Assembly (NCBI GenBank): GCA_002104905.1
Contig: MCFE01000747.1
Span: 1 to 39,867, forward strand
Direction of reading: 5' to 3'
DNA from: Basidiobolus meristosporus CBS 931.73
Taxonomy: Eukaryota; Fungi; Basidiobolomycota
Length of the DNA stretch: 39,867 nt
The position numbers and the translations under genes were made by a program. Shown here piece by piece: positions 11,438-23,433 of this stretch. Position 1 is the stretch's first letter. Each line of letters opens with the position of its first letter. A model generated the notes under the pieces. It was not told the origin of the DNA. It saw nothing but the letters and a program-made list of their open reading frames with translations, and did not search any database.

Positions 11438-13340
11438 ATGCAAACACACCAAACACCCTTGGACTATAGTTTAGTGCCTGGACAAAGTCAACATCAGAAT
11501 AGTGAGTCCGCTCCCATATTACGTCGACAAGTGGCGTTTTGTGGGAGCGTCGACCTAGGAGGGAAGGATTCTGGACACAATATCCAAACCAATCCATTGA
11601 AAACCATAGCAACCACTATCAATCCATACAAGAGATATATTGAAGAGGGTGATATTACACATCTCAATATTCATGCTGGTCAGCCACCTCTGCGATGCAT
11701 GCCACCTAACCGTAAGCCCCTGGTTGTACAACAACGTTTATCTCATGAAATCCCCTCTACGAATCAGACGAATTGCCAGCCCAACAAGCCATCCTCATTT
11801 ATTCCTAACCAAGATAGAAAGCCCTTTAGTCGTATGAAATGCAGTAAGGCAGAATTTGTGGAATCTCTTGTCGGTGAGTCACTTTCAACATTACTTCCAT
11901 CCCGATTGATATATCCTTCACTTATTCTAATATCAGGTCTTGTCATTCACACCCTTCTATCGAATCAATTAATTCGCGTTCTTAACTTCAGAGCACTCCC
12001 TCAAACCATACCATAGATTATTTCTACAATGACTTATTTATGAAGTGCTGACAAGTTCTATTTTTCTATACTCGCTCCCTCTGCGCTACTCCTCGGATCT
12101 CAAAGATGTCTCTGCCACGATTATTGAATCTATATGGCCCAACCACTCGGCATCTACCAAGACCAAAATCCTTCCCCTGAAAGAGTTCATACGAGAGACA
12201 TTGCAAAGATCCAAGACGTCGTTCTCTACGCTCCAAACTGCACTGTTCTACCTTTTTCGGGCCAGGGATTTAATTCGCTCGGATAGTCTGGACTCTCCCT
12301 CCACGAAGATAGGACACGTACTATCGGGGAACTCATTTGTTTCGACCGTTGACATTGAAGATGGGTTCGCTAATCACTCGACAGCACCTCCGCTTCCTTC
12401 TCCTCCGTTAACCCCAGCACAAGCTGTTAGTCGCAATAACCATCAAAAACCGCATTTACCCACTAACGAAACAACCTCAACGAGTTGCGGACCACTAAAT
12501 CCGATTTTCTGTGCCCGTAGAATGTTTCTAGCAGCCTTGATTGCAGCGTCGAAATTTCTGCAGGATAAGAATTACTCGAATAAGGCTTGGTCAAAAATTA
12601 CTGGGCTCCCTCCATCCGAAATTAACCTGAATGAGATCTCCCTGTTATCCCTTTTGGACTATCGCCTTTTCATCACTCCTGTGCTATTTTCTCGCTGGTC
12701 GGCAATGCTGATTAGTCACATCAACCACAGCCAACTTGCTAGAAATGCCAAGGCGACACCTGGAAACACGGATACAGCCGTTTCTACCGGAATTACTGCT
12801 GCAACTAACTTGGGCTCTGGTACTCATCATTTAGGTAAAGAACTCAAACAATGCGGTACTAGAAATAAGCAGCAAAATATGTTTCTTTTTAACCCTACTT
12901 TGCCAACCAGTAATATGAGTGAAAATATTAATCTGTCTGATTCACAATGCTCTAGCAGTTATCCTATTAAGCTTCCTGACGAAGTCGCTCATTCGTCGAA
13001 TGATTCTGATCAACCCCCTATCCAAGAATCTTCCACACACTTTGCCAGTACGCAGACTCCTAGCGACATAACTATCTCAAGAGCATTTGAGCATGCGCAT
13101 ACTACACTTCAATACCACGCCCACAAGTCCGATCACACCAACTCGCAGACCATTATGGGCCATCAGGTCAACAAAGTGCGATATATACGCAAGTATATTA
13201 GCGATATTCGAAATCACCGGCATGCTCAATCCACCCAAAATTCAGATTGCCCAACCAGACCATACCGTAGCAAGAAGACATTACAGACAGGATATCATAA
13301 CACCGGTGGAAATTCGCCATATCCCACGTACTTGGCATAA
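11438..13340 (+). CDS. Pcl5/Clg1-like cyclin, paralog 2 (exons 11438-11873, 12106-13340; ~556 aa)
   Basis: Donor GTGAGT at 11874, CTGAC branch ~12046, acceptor AAG at 12105. LPLKEFIRETLQRSKTSFSTLQTALFYL...CARRMFLAALIAASKFLQDKNYSNKAWSKITGL is closest to the family consensus. Confidence 0.9.
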
Positions 13341-16300
13341 AGCAAGCTTGAAATCGTAACAGTAATGAGAACAAAGCTTTTCCATTTACAGAACTGGACC
13401 AGTATTTTGTAAATGGCATTGAATAACTTTAAGTACCTTAACCCTTTACTTAACGCAATATTTATTGACGGGTGTTCTCCCGCTCAGAAACTTATGAATA
13501 AATAACACACTTGCTATTCGCTATACATTCATTTGTGATGTGTGTTTAATAACTATAAGGTTTGTATAATTGAGGGAACCATCTCATCTCCTGATTATCT
13601 TTATGTCTCAGCGCATTTGCTAGATATATAACTATAAGTATAGGACAGCTCTGTCAGCTGAAAGCCCAGTGGAGTTGATTGAGCTTATACAGTTGGGATC
13701 TGATGACACCAGACAAGCAGGATCATAACTATGTATATATACATTGTGTGATGAAACCTACACAGGAAGATCCCAATCGGCTGTCACCGTGCTCACACAA
13801 CTGACAACTTTTGTCCCACCGATATCCATTTCAGCTGGGGTATGATAGATTAGAGCTTAATTGACGAATCTTTGCATCCATCTCATTTGGCAGATGCCAG
13901 CCGTTCTGAGATGTTCTGGAATGTATCAGGTTTAGGTTATAAGCGCACAGCTCCAAGATTCCCCTTCAAGACACAACTGGCTTCTTAAACGTACCTTATC
14001 TATCATTCTATATATTCATGAGAGATGGTTTATCGTGGCGTGAGATGTACATGACCGCCTTTCCTACCCAATCCTTCTGAGGTAAGACATAAGCTACCCA
14101 TTTTAGGAAATCCACGGTTATTTCATCCAGTGTGCTTCCTTATTCTATGCCAGCCGGCTGGATTCTAAAGCGGCTATTGGCTAACCCCTGGACAGCTACA
14201 GACCGTTCGGATGATTCGGAGAAACTCTAGAACGCAACCCAACGAAGACTCCAGAGGCTCATGGAATTGCAATAGCTAGTTCAGAAACAGGCCAGATGCC
14301 AGAAAGACTACATTCGGTGAGTGATCATATCCCAATGGTGGCTAAAGATCCAAGCGGAAGCACACTATTGTATGGAGGCTGGGAAGTGGGTGGTCGAGAA
14401 CCAAGTAACTGCCAGGAAGAGAACACTTCAACCCACTAGAGTTGTACCCGATTAACAATATCCGGTTTCATTAGATAGAAGTAGAATCAACGTAAAACTT
14501 GACTCAAGATTGGTTATCTAAGCAGCTTCCAAGCCAACTTTTGCATGGAATTTCCATTTGTGAATCCAATTAGTGGGTTGCTATTTTGTTGGAAATATAA
14601 GCCATCTATTGTCCTACCAAAGCTATATATAAAGTTGGCCTGGGTCAGCCAATAGGCGGAGAATGTAAGAAGCTACGCCAAACCGACCGAAGCCGTCCTG
14701 GACAGTACTTCGACCTTTGAATCGCCTACATAGCGATGTTAATCTTTTTTGGCTCATGCCCAGCGATACCAGTTATGTGCTAACCAGTCTCAATCTCGTT
14801 GGTCAAGTTCGTTCAGAGAGAACAAAACCTCTGACGAGTCACATGCCACGCCAGACATCAATACACATGCACCTGCTGTGGCATAGCTGACCAGTTTACC
14901 CTGAGCCACGGGTATTTTAAATGCCCATCCAGAAGCTGACCAAATTATTGCGTCATTAGTGTTGCCGCTAGGTAACTTCGACAACTGCAAAGAACTCATA
15001 ACCTCGAGATAAGATCTCCTAGAAGTTAATCTTGTCCTGCAGACGTGGCCATTACAGAGCCCACCGATATCTGCATCAGAACGTATTTTGATTACCTGTC
15101 TGCTTAAGGAAATCCGTTGAACACGATGCAGCGGATGAAATATATCCCTTGCGGCGTTTAGCAACAAACGCATCGCTGGGTGGTGAGAATGTATGTGTGC
15201 GAAGAACACCACCAGAGGAGGCTTTGGTGAGCATGGGAAGCATCCACTAACTTATGACGCTACGTAACCTTACCTGTATCTGAGCAGCATCAGCAAAACC
15301 TGGCATAGCCCATGAACTTGCTTGATTCAGTACAGGGCATCAAGGACACTCCATACAGATGACCATTCGGACGGGCGGGTTGATCTGAATTATCAGGATT
15401 GAGATGCCGGATAATTGTTCAATCACCCATGTGAGGGAGTAATCCAACAATGATAGGATTTACTGACATCACGTTCCAACGCGAGGGGAGATTATCCACG
15501 GAATTTCCCGGGAAATTCGCTTGACCAGCATCGATGATTCCGTTTCCCAAACCACCGGGACAAATGGGATCGCCAAGCAATATTGATCGGTTACTTTCAT
15601 AACTTTAAGTAATCGGGGAAACGGCCCCTAGCGGGCTGCGCTTGCCAAGAAACAATCGACGGAACATGCTTCAAATCAAGACTCCAGCGGCACCAATCGC
15701 CGTGGACCCTTTACACCACATATCAAATCAGTGACGTGAATAGCGTAGCGATTTGGAAAGGCAAAGATACTATGTGTCCCAGATATTCCCTTCCACTTTG
15801 AAGATGCATCTCTCATCGAATGAATTTGATCAAGATAACCTGATTAGTCCTATACTACCTAGACAGGCTCCTTTACGGGCTTATTGCCCTTCAATAAACC
15901 CACTGGATGTTGATTGGCCATGTGCCAAGTGGACGACATTGTAACAACGGTCGATCGTCTAGGCTTGAGACTGTTGGGCATAGATCTTGCTTGCTCAAGG
16001 CTGGGAGTGAGAATCCACCTGCGTCTGGAATCTGGAGCTAGGAAGACTTAGTGGGTCTTTTAGTTTCATGGTACACAACGTTTGAGGTGAGGTTTGCGGC
16101 CGGGTGGTAGCCTGACCCTTGAATTCATCATTGCCAAAATGATATTCTGTCGCCATGGCCATCATCGCTTGCCACATAATGCGTTTCCTGGAAACATGAT
16201 TCTATCTTGCCTCATGTTGGGACTGCTCCTCGGTTTACGTCGGAAAATTCGCCCTGGAGCTGCAGAATCTTACCAAATATATTACCGGATCCGCTATATT

Positions 16301-16619
16301 AAGAAATATAATGTAACGTATTCGACCTGGTCACGTCTCAGATAATATCGAATTCTTGGAGAACTCGTCCGAATCATCCAATTTCCCGATCCATCAGTCG
16401 CCTCAAAGCCGATATGTGGTTCTGAGGGTGGTCTTATTCTGGTCCAATCACATAAAGCAATTGGACAGGTACTTCCGTGACCTTCAGGGTAAATGAACGG
16501 AGAAGATCCGATGAGCCTCTATTTAAAAGGGTTCGGCACTTCGCATTTCTCTCATTATTACCACTTCAACTCGCAGTCGAATCATTAATTTCCACCTCTC
16601 CTAGCGTATAGCCTTTACA

Positions 16620-17464
16620 ATGATCAGAACAACCTTCTCTGAGGGCTCTGCTCCACCTTCAAAACCATTCGACTTCTCCAGAGCAGACCTTATCAACACA
16701 CTGATAGGTAAAATCAGTTGCTGCCCGTCGTAATAGTCATTTCATTATCTAATAGGATTTATCTAGACGAAACGGTCCACTTCATCCAATACATATGGCC
16801 AAATGATTCATCAAAAGCCCAAGGAATCCCCTTGAAGGTGTTTATCCAGGAGATATTGCGCCGCTCCCACACATCTTTCTCCACACTGCTTACCTCCCTG
16901 ATCTATCTCTTTCGGCTGAAGACCGCGGTTGCCAAGCGCAGTCAGTCCCTTGGCCACGAGTCGACCAGTAACACACACAATCAATGGCGGTGTGGGAGAA
17001 GAATGTTTTTATCCGCGCTTATTGCTGCCACAAAATTCCTTCAAGACAAGGGGATCAACAATATGGTATGGTCATCCTTGTCTGGTCTGGACATACGTGA
17101 GATCAACACAAATGAGCGGATCTTCCTGGAGCTGATAGAGTACAATGTGTTTGTCAGCTCTGCCCTTTTCTCCTGGTGGTCCAATCTTCTCATCAGTAAG
17201 ATTGACAACTCGGCGAACATCGGAGGCTTGGTATCAGTGACCCACACTCGACCCAAGTCCCCAGTAGAGACCACACCCGGCCATCACAACTTCAGAAAGA
17301 AGCCCAAAACCAATTCTTATTCTTATTCCCCTTACCCTTCTCTGCAGCACAAATGCGAGACCAAATACCACCCGAATACTTCGCTTTATACCGGAAATAC
17401 CCAGTTCAATATCGAGCTAAGCCCGCCTTTTTTGGAGAGCAGCAGTAGTGAAGACGAAGAATAG
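16620..17464 (+). CDS. Pcl5/Clg1-like cyclin, paralog 3 (exons 16620-16707, 16767-17464; 261 aa)
   Basis: Intron GTAAAA..CTAAT..TAG (59 bp). IPLKVFIQEILRRSHTSFSTLLTSLIYL...CGRRMFLSALIAATKFLQD...W..LSGL...EINTNERIFL. Confidence 0.9.
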
Positions 17465-17563
17465 GCCACCATCCATCCGAGTCAGCTGATGCTTTGGACA
17501 TCATGCCGATTCGCCAATCCATCCTCCTCAAGCTCACTCATACCATTGTACATATTTCCTAAG

Positions 17564-17622
17564 CCCTACACACAGACACACACACACACCCGCTCTCTCT
17601 TCCTCTTTCTTTCTCTCTCCTT
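17564..17622. repeat. Imperfect (CA)n microsatellite followed by a CT-rich tract
   Basis: TACACACAGACACACACACACACCC then GCTCTCTCTTCCTCTTTCTTTCTCTCTCC, in the 3' flank of cyclin 3. Confidence 0.8.
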
Positions 17623-19334
17623 ACCTACCAATCAGCCATGCACAATGTGTGGTTTTTGTTCAACGCCTTGTATAAAACTCAGAGTATATTATATGTATTC
17701 CACTCATCAGCATCTTGAATACTTTCACCCACCACATAGAGCTCCGGGTGTACTCCAGCCATATATGAAACTGAATCACCCATGAGTATTCTAATCTAGT
17801 CCTTTCCATATACGGTAGTTGGACATGTCTCTCCTTCGGTCTCGATTACTACCGGGTTCATAGGTATATTTAAATTGATTTGGATACTAGGTGATCAAAG
17901 GAGTTTCCCCATTTTACCCAAACCAACACTTGACCATACATACACTCCCAAATAAGGACCCATCATAATTTAATGCAAGTAGAATAAACAAGATTCTACG
18001 TGTCTACCTCAGGAAGCGATGTAACTCAACGGATCTTTAATCACGAAAGCCGCGATGGTGATTTGATAAGGCTGGCCTTCACTGGAAGTCATTTATCCGG
18101 GCCAGATCCTTCTACCGCAAAAGTGGGGTTACTCTTCAGTATGGCACATTTCCAAAAACCAGTTGCGGCCTACCACATACTACACGGACAAGGCCGATCT
18201 TCATCTATATCAAGCATATGGCCAGCCACATTGCATCTCTACGTTTCAGCTAGAACCGGAGGAATGACTGGTCAGCAACCAGGAGGGTTGGGTTGTGCTT
18301 GATGGGACCGTTCGCATATAGCTGGTCGTCCCTTGCTAAATCGCGAAGAGGTGGGAAAAACCCTCCTGGTGCACTGATTAGTGGCAGTACTATGGGAAAC
18401 TTTCAGCACTGATTGGGTGCATTGGAAGCCAGTGAAGCCATCGCTGCTGGGCCTCCTATCGCATCAAAAAAGTCAAGATTATAGCCATGTCACATGGAAA
18501 CGTAATTTAAATCAATATTGCCCATCAGGTTCGGGGAGCCACCTGTCTGCCTCGTCAATGTTGTTTAAGGCGGAAGTTGGTTTTGGCTTATAGATAACCA
18601 ACATTCAGTGCTCGGATTGCAGTTATCACTCAAACCAATCCGTATTAGATTATGGTGACATTCGTTTTGGGATTTGTGCTAAATTGCTAGGTGCCAGTTT
18701 GGGGTCTGCAATTCAGTGTCACCTCGGATTGCGCCTACCATGGCACAATGATTCACTGCGCGGCCAGTAAGAAGCGAAGGCTCGTCGCCCTTATATTGCC
18801 TGTAGGCAGTATCCACATAAGAGGGTGGTTTTTGGAAGTCACCTCCAGCTGGGGCACAGGATAGTCTAGCCAGGATTGTATAGCTGGGAGCTCTTCACAA
18901 TTTAGATTCTGTCCGCACGATAGATTAGCAACATGAAGTGTGACAAAGCATCACAACTAACCACAACCAACAGCTACCATTTCCTCGATCTTCAACCAAA
19001 TTCAGCATGAGTGATGTCTCAAGATCCATCATATGGGATCATGGGGTTTTCGATGGTTTCCAGGATACGGATCCACACAAAATGGATGCATGATACAGAG
19101 CATATATTAGTGTCATTGTCAGCTTGCCAAGGAAACCTACGGATTTGACACGGCTCAGGCAGTGCAATATCTAAAAAAAAATCAAAACCCTCCACTCTTC
19201 GCTTGTATCCAGACGCCATTGATCGAGACAAGAGTTCCTTGAACCGACTGAGCTCCACCTTTGTTCCCTCCACACCCATTTAGCAACCAAGCAACGAGTT
19301 TTCCCCTCCCCTTGAGCCAGCGTGGTTTTTCCTG

Positions 19335-21997
19335 ATGACTCCGGAGAAGAGTACTTCCCATTCAGTGGCGGTCGTCAAAACCTCCGAAAAGTACTCCTTC
19401 ATTTTCGCCCCCGGAAAACAGGCGAGCAAAAACGGAAACGTAAAGCTTAACCTGTTCTTTGATAAGCCGTTTTATAATGCTGCCAGTCAACTTAGCGGTA
19501 CGTTGGAGCTGACTTGTGTCTCGGAGGAGCTTCTAAAGCTTGGCCAAGTCCTGATAGAGGTTACAGGCTTTGAAGGTAACGTTTTTCAGACACACGGGTA
19601 TCACTATCCTTTGTATGTATGCTTACATATGCACCCACCGTTTTGTGCACCTGGGCGGCTTGTTTATAGATATAGAAAGGGATTCAAAGAACACATCCCT
19701 TCGTCGCCGTATATTTTACAAGACCAGGCTGGTACTGCAAGACCAGAATACCCCCTCTAACGCAGTGAAAGCCAATTCTCTACCTGGTAATTAGGCTCAC
19801 TTCTTCCCAGCCACGCATGCTTCTGACCCTGTTTCCTAGATGTTGATGGCTATTATCCAGCGAAAGCAGGGAAAACCTGCTTCCCCTTTACGCTGGAGTT
19901 ATCCGGCACTCTGCCAAGTAGTTATGTGTCGAAAATCGGTGGCGTCCGTTACGTTGTTTCGGGGTATGTCAATCAAGATTGTGCCCAATTCACCTCAATT
20001 GCTCACTGGAATTCTAGGGCTGCGTTGATCAAATCTAATGCGAAAAAAGAGAATCTGGCCCACAATCGATTTGCCCAAGTCTATGAACGTTGGTCACCGT
20101 CAGAAATCGAATACGCTCGTCTGGCTACAGTATCTGCTGATAATAGTGATGAAGTGAACGGGGAAACGAAAGAACGAATCTCCATGACTGCCGAGTTGAC
20201 CAAGGCAATGGTGGCGGCTGGTGGGTTGATCTACGTAAAGGCGTTTGTCAACAATATGGGGAAGAAAGCGGTAGCTCATTGCAATGTTATGTGTGGCTTC
20301 CCATGTATGTTACTAACTTGTTTACGCATATGTTTAGGTGTCTGGTCTTCGATTGTCATTATGGCAACATATCTCCGGAAATACCGATTTGACTAGAGTT
20401 GAATCAGGCGGGCGATTGGCAACAGTGGTGGATAACAGAGTGCTGGTTACTGAGGCTGTTTATCGCGGCCACGATTGGACCATTCCGTATGGCGAGAGTA
20501 GAGGACTGGTCGTTGCCCTTGGTATTCCGGTAAGTGTATATTCTGCTACCCACAGCATCACCCGGCTTACTTATATTGTCTGCAGCCATCATGCTATTCT
20601 CTTCGAAATACTACCCTCATTCAAGTCTCGTACGAGATTCAAATTGATATCATTACATCTTTTTGGTCAGTATTCCAGAATATCATGCCATTATTGAACT
20701 AGTCTCACCTTTATACAGTAAATGGAAGCCAATTCGGTTGCCTATTTATATTGCTCATCCATCGTCATGGAGCGACCCAGCACCTAGCATATCCTTCAAC
20801 GAGATGCAAACATTCGTAGCCTCACGTTTGTCCCAAATCAGTAGGCCGGATTCCTTCCCCACCTCGACTACTGTATCTTCCACCCCAACAATCTCCTCTT
20901 CCCCGATACCTCTCGCCTCCTCCATCAAGGTTAATGAGCCCAACCAGATCCCTTCGATCCCGAAAAATCCTCGAAGAGGTAATTCCTCACAGTTTTATAT
21001 GGTATTTTTGGCTGATATTTATCCACATTGCTTTTTAGTTTCGCTGCTGTCTCGTAAGGACACGATCCGTCGAAAAGGGAGACCGAATTCCGTTGGAACT
21101 GTATGTGAGCCCTCAGAGAAAAGCCGAATGATACTAAGAGTAACCAACCCAGATGAGGCCGAGGAGCCTGAGATGTTGTTCGAACCTGATCAAAGAAGGC
21201 GATTACCAGGTTCTCGTAAACGAGCCTCCACTGTTGGAAGTCACACGTATCCTTCGATTGCGCAGAATCTACGTCAGAGTGCCTTAAACGGAGTAGCTAC
21301 CATCCGACCTACAGGTTTAAGAGTGGTTTCTGAACCCTTGCCCTATGTCAGCGACACAGCAAGCTTAATTGAGATAGGAGACCAAATTCTAGCCCATCAT
21401 AATCTTCGGCCTAGCTTCGAAGAACCACCGTGTATCCCAAACACAACCTCCGTAGTAACTCCACCTCGACGCGGTGTAACCATCCAACAGCTCGAGGAAC
21501 TTCAGGAAAAGATCAACCTCACTGGCAACCCCGATTCTGATACGGAATCCAACTCAGACGACAGCTACGAAAGTTTCCATGATGCTAGAGATGGGGAGGA
21601 GGAGAAAGAGGCCAAATCTACAGACGTGCCAGCCCAAATAGACAACAATGAGGATTGGCAGGGTTGGGAGGACAAAGATGTCCGCCCGGATCAGTATATG
21701 TACCCGACTGTCGCGCAAGAGGATTACTATCTAAGCGAGAATTCTGAGTTCAGTGCAGTGGGCGATGAGGGCCATTTCGGCCGAAAGAAAGAGCGGCGTG
21801 GCAATACAAAGATGCTGCTGAAGAAGAACACCAAGATGAGAGTCAAGCTATCCCGGTCCGACACAGTGGCATCGATACAGAAGAAGTTGGCCCGTCTGCA
21901 GCACCAAATGGACACCATACTTACGTTGATGGATACTGAGCCATTACCAAACCCAGGAAAATCCAACTCGGATGCCGCTAGAACGTTGAGCACTTGA
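19335..21997 (+). CDS. Arrestin-fold protein with long disordered C-terminus (8 exons: 19335-19575, 19670-19786, 19840-19963, 20018-20270, 20338-20529, 20586-20665, 20719-20978, 21039-21997; ~741 aa)
   Basis: Seven GT-AG introns (53-94 bp) chain the ORF fragments into one frame. Arrestin-like segments: FYNAASQLSGTLELTC, GKTCFPFTLELSGTLPSSY..VRYVVSG, LIQVSYEIQI..IRLPIYIAHP. The intron 1 acceptor could be 19669 or 19675. Confidence 0.8.
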
Positions 21998-23433
21998 GCA
22001 CTTGAATACTATATTACTTTTCCCTATCCTTGTAACATCCTTACCAGTTAATTTCTTTTCCCCTATGTAATTATACCATTACTGAGATCCTTTTAACCAC
22101 TACTCGTCGCTTCTATACTACCACATCATGAATGTGTAAGTTTTCCATGCATTCTTGGCCCGATTTCTGACGATCGTGCCAAACCGTAAGATCTTAACCA
22201 GCTTGTAATAAACAAGGCAACGTAAATCTCTGGAATGGTTGCTCACCTGAATCCCAAGAAGTACGCCAAGTGGGTGATCACATCGATGGCTGCCATTACC
22301 AATAGCCATAGACGTTGTTAGTATTGGTAACCATCGACCTCACGAAGCCTTGTGCTTGATTCGATTCCGTGCGAAGGCAGTTCCGGAAACTCTTGGATTC
22401 AGGTTGACCTCCAAGAGATGTGTTGGGGAATTGGTAATCCAGGCAACTTTTAAGCCGGGCCAACCCAAATAGATGCAAGTCATTCTGCGGTGAATCAACT
22501 CTCTTGTCTCGTCCCATGGATCCTTATCAACTCCCTGCTCGATACGGGTGGGTGGTTTAGGTTGTGGGGCCGGTTCGGAATGGGACGATATCTATATTTT
22601 TAGGCTATGAGCTTGAATATGGAATTCCCATTTGAATCTGGTGAGGATGCTCGCATTTGGTTGCCTGTGCCCCAAAACCGGATATCTCTTACATAATACA
22701 CTGCCTTCATTCAGCTGGCGTGCGGATTTAGGGTAGGGGCTCGTTTTTGGGCGGCGAGTCGCTAGCAGTGAGTCACCTGGTGCATTGACTGGTGTAAAAC
22801 ACTGTTGAGGGGGGGGGGTGACCAATTAGCAAATGGGGGCGCGGAGGTTGTATGATACCGAAGTGTATGGGTGAATCAATCAGAGTAGGTTCAGCGCTTA
22901 GATTGGCTTGCGCAGATTGCTTGTACAGGAGGAGAATGCTACACTTGAGGACATTTGAGTACTATCGACGGAGTTTCAGATGCTTGGTCCGAGCCTTCTC
23001 GGCTTACTTCATTGTACACGATCCCTGGACACACCGGCTGGAACTTAATCTGGGCCTACGTCAATGGGTTTCGTATCAATGATATGTCAGGGTTTTATAT
23101 TAATTAATCTGCCATCGGACGCTGGCAAAATGCATAGTTGAGGTGTCGTTGGTCACGGGTATATACATCAATGAGCCGTTTGATGATTGGAGAATGGGCC
23201 TGAGGCCACCGGGGGGCAAGCCATGCACGCCGTCATGGAACTTCCTACCGACAAAGCCTCGGCTGAAGCCATTGTCGTGATGATTCCCAGAGAGAAAGGA
23301 GTTGGTGATATGATAAATGGTTTATGGTTTGTTCTCTTTATTGTTGGCCCGTGTCCAGTGAAATATAATACAAATGCCATAACTTCAATTCAGTCGTGTC
23401 TATCTAGGTGGTCGGGATTGGATGGTGGCCCCT

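Noticed and set aside
15567-15589. GGATCGCCAAG..TTGATC shared with 25609-25634, resembling tandem GATC light-response elements
   Set aside because: Many chance 11-mer matches are expected among 20 kb of sequence, and the spacing differs.
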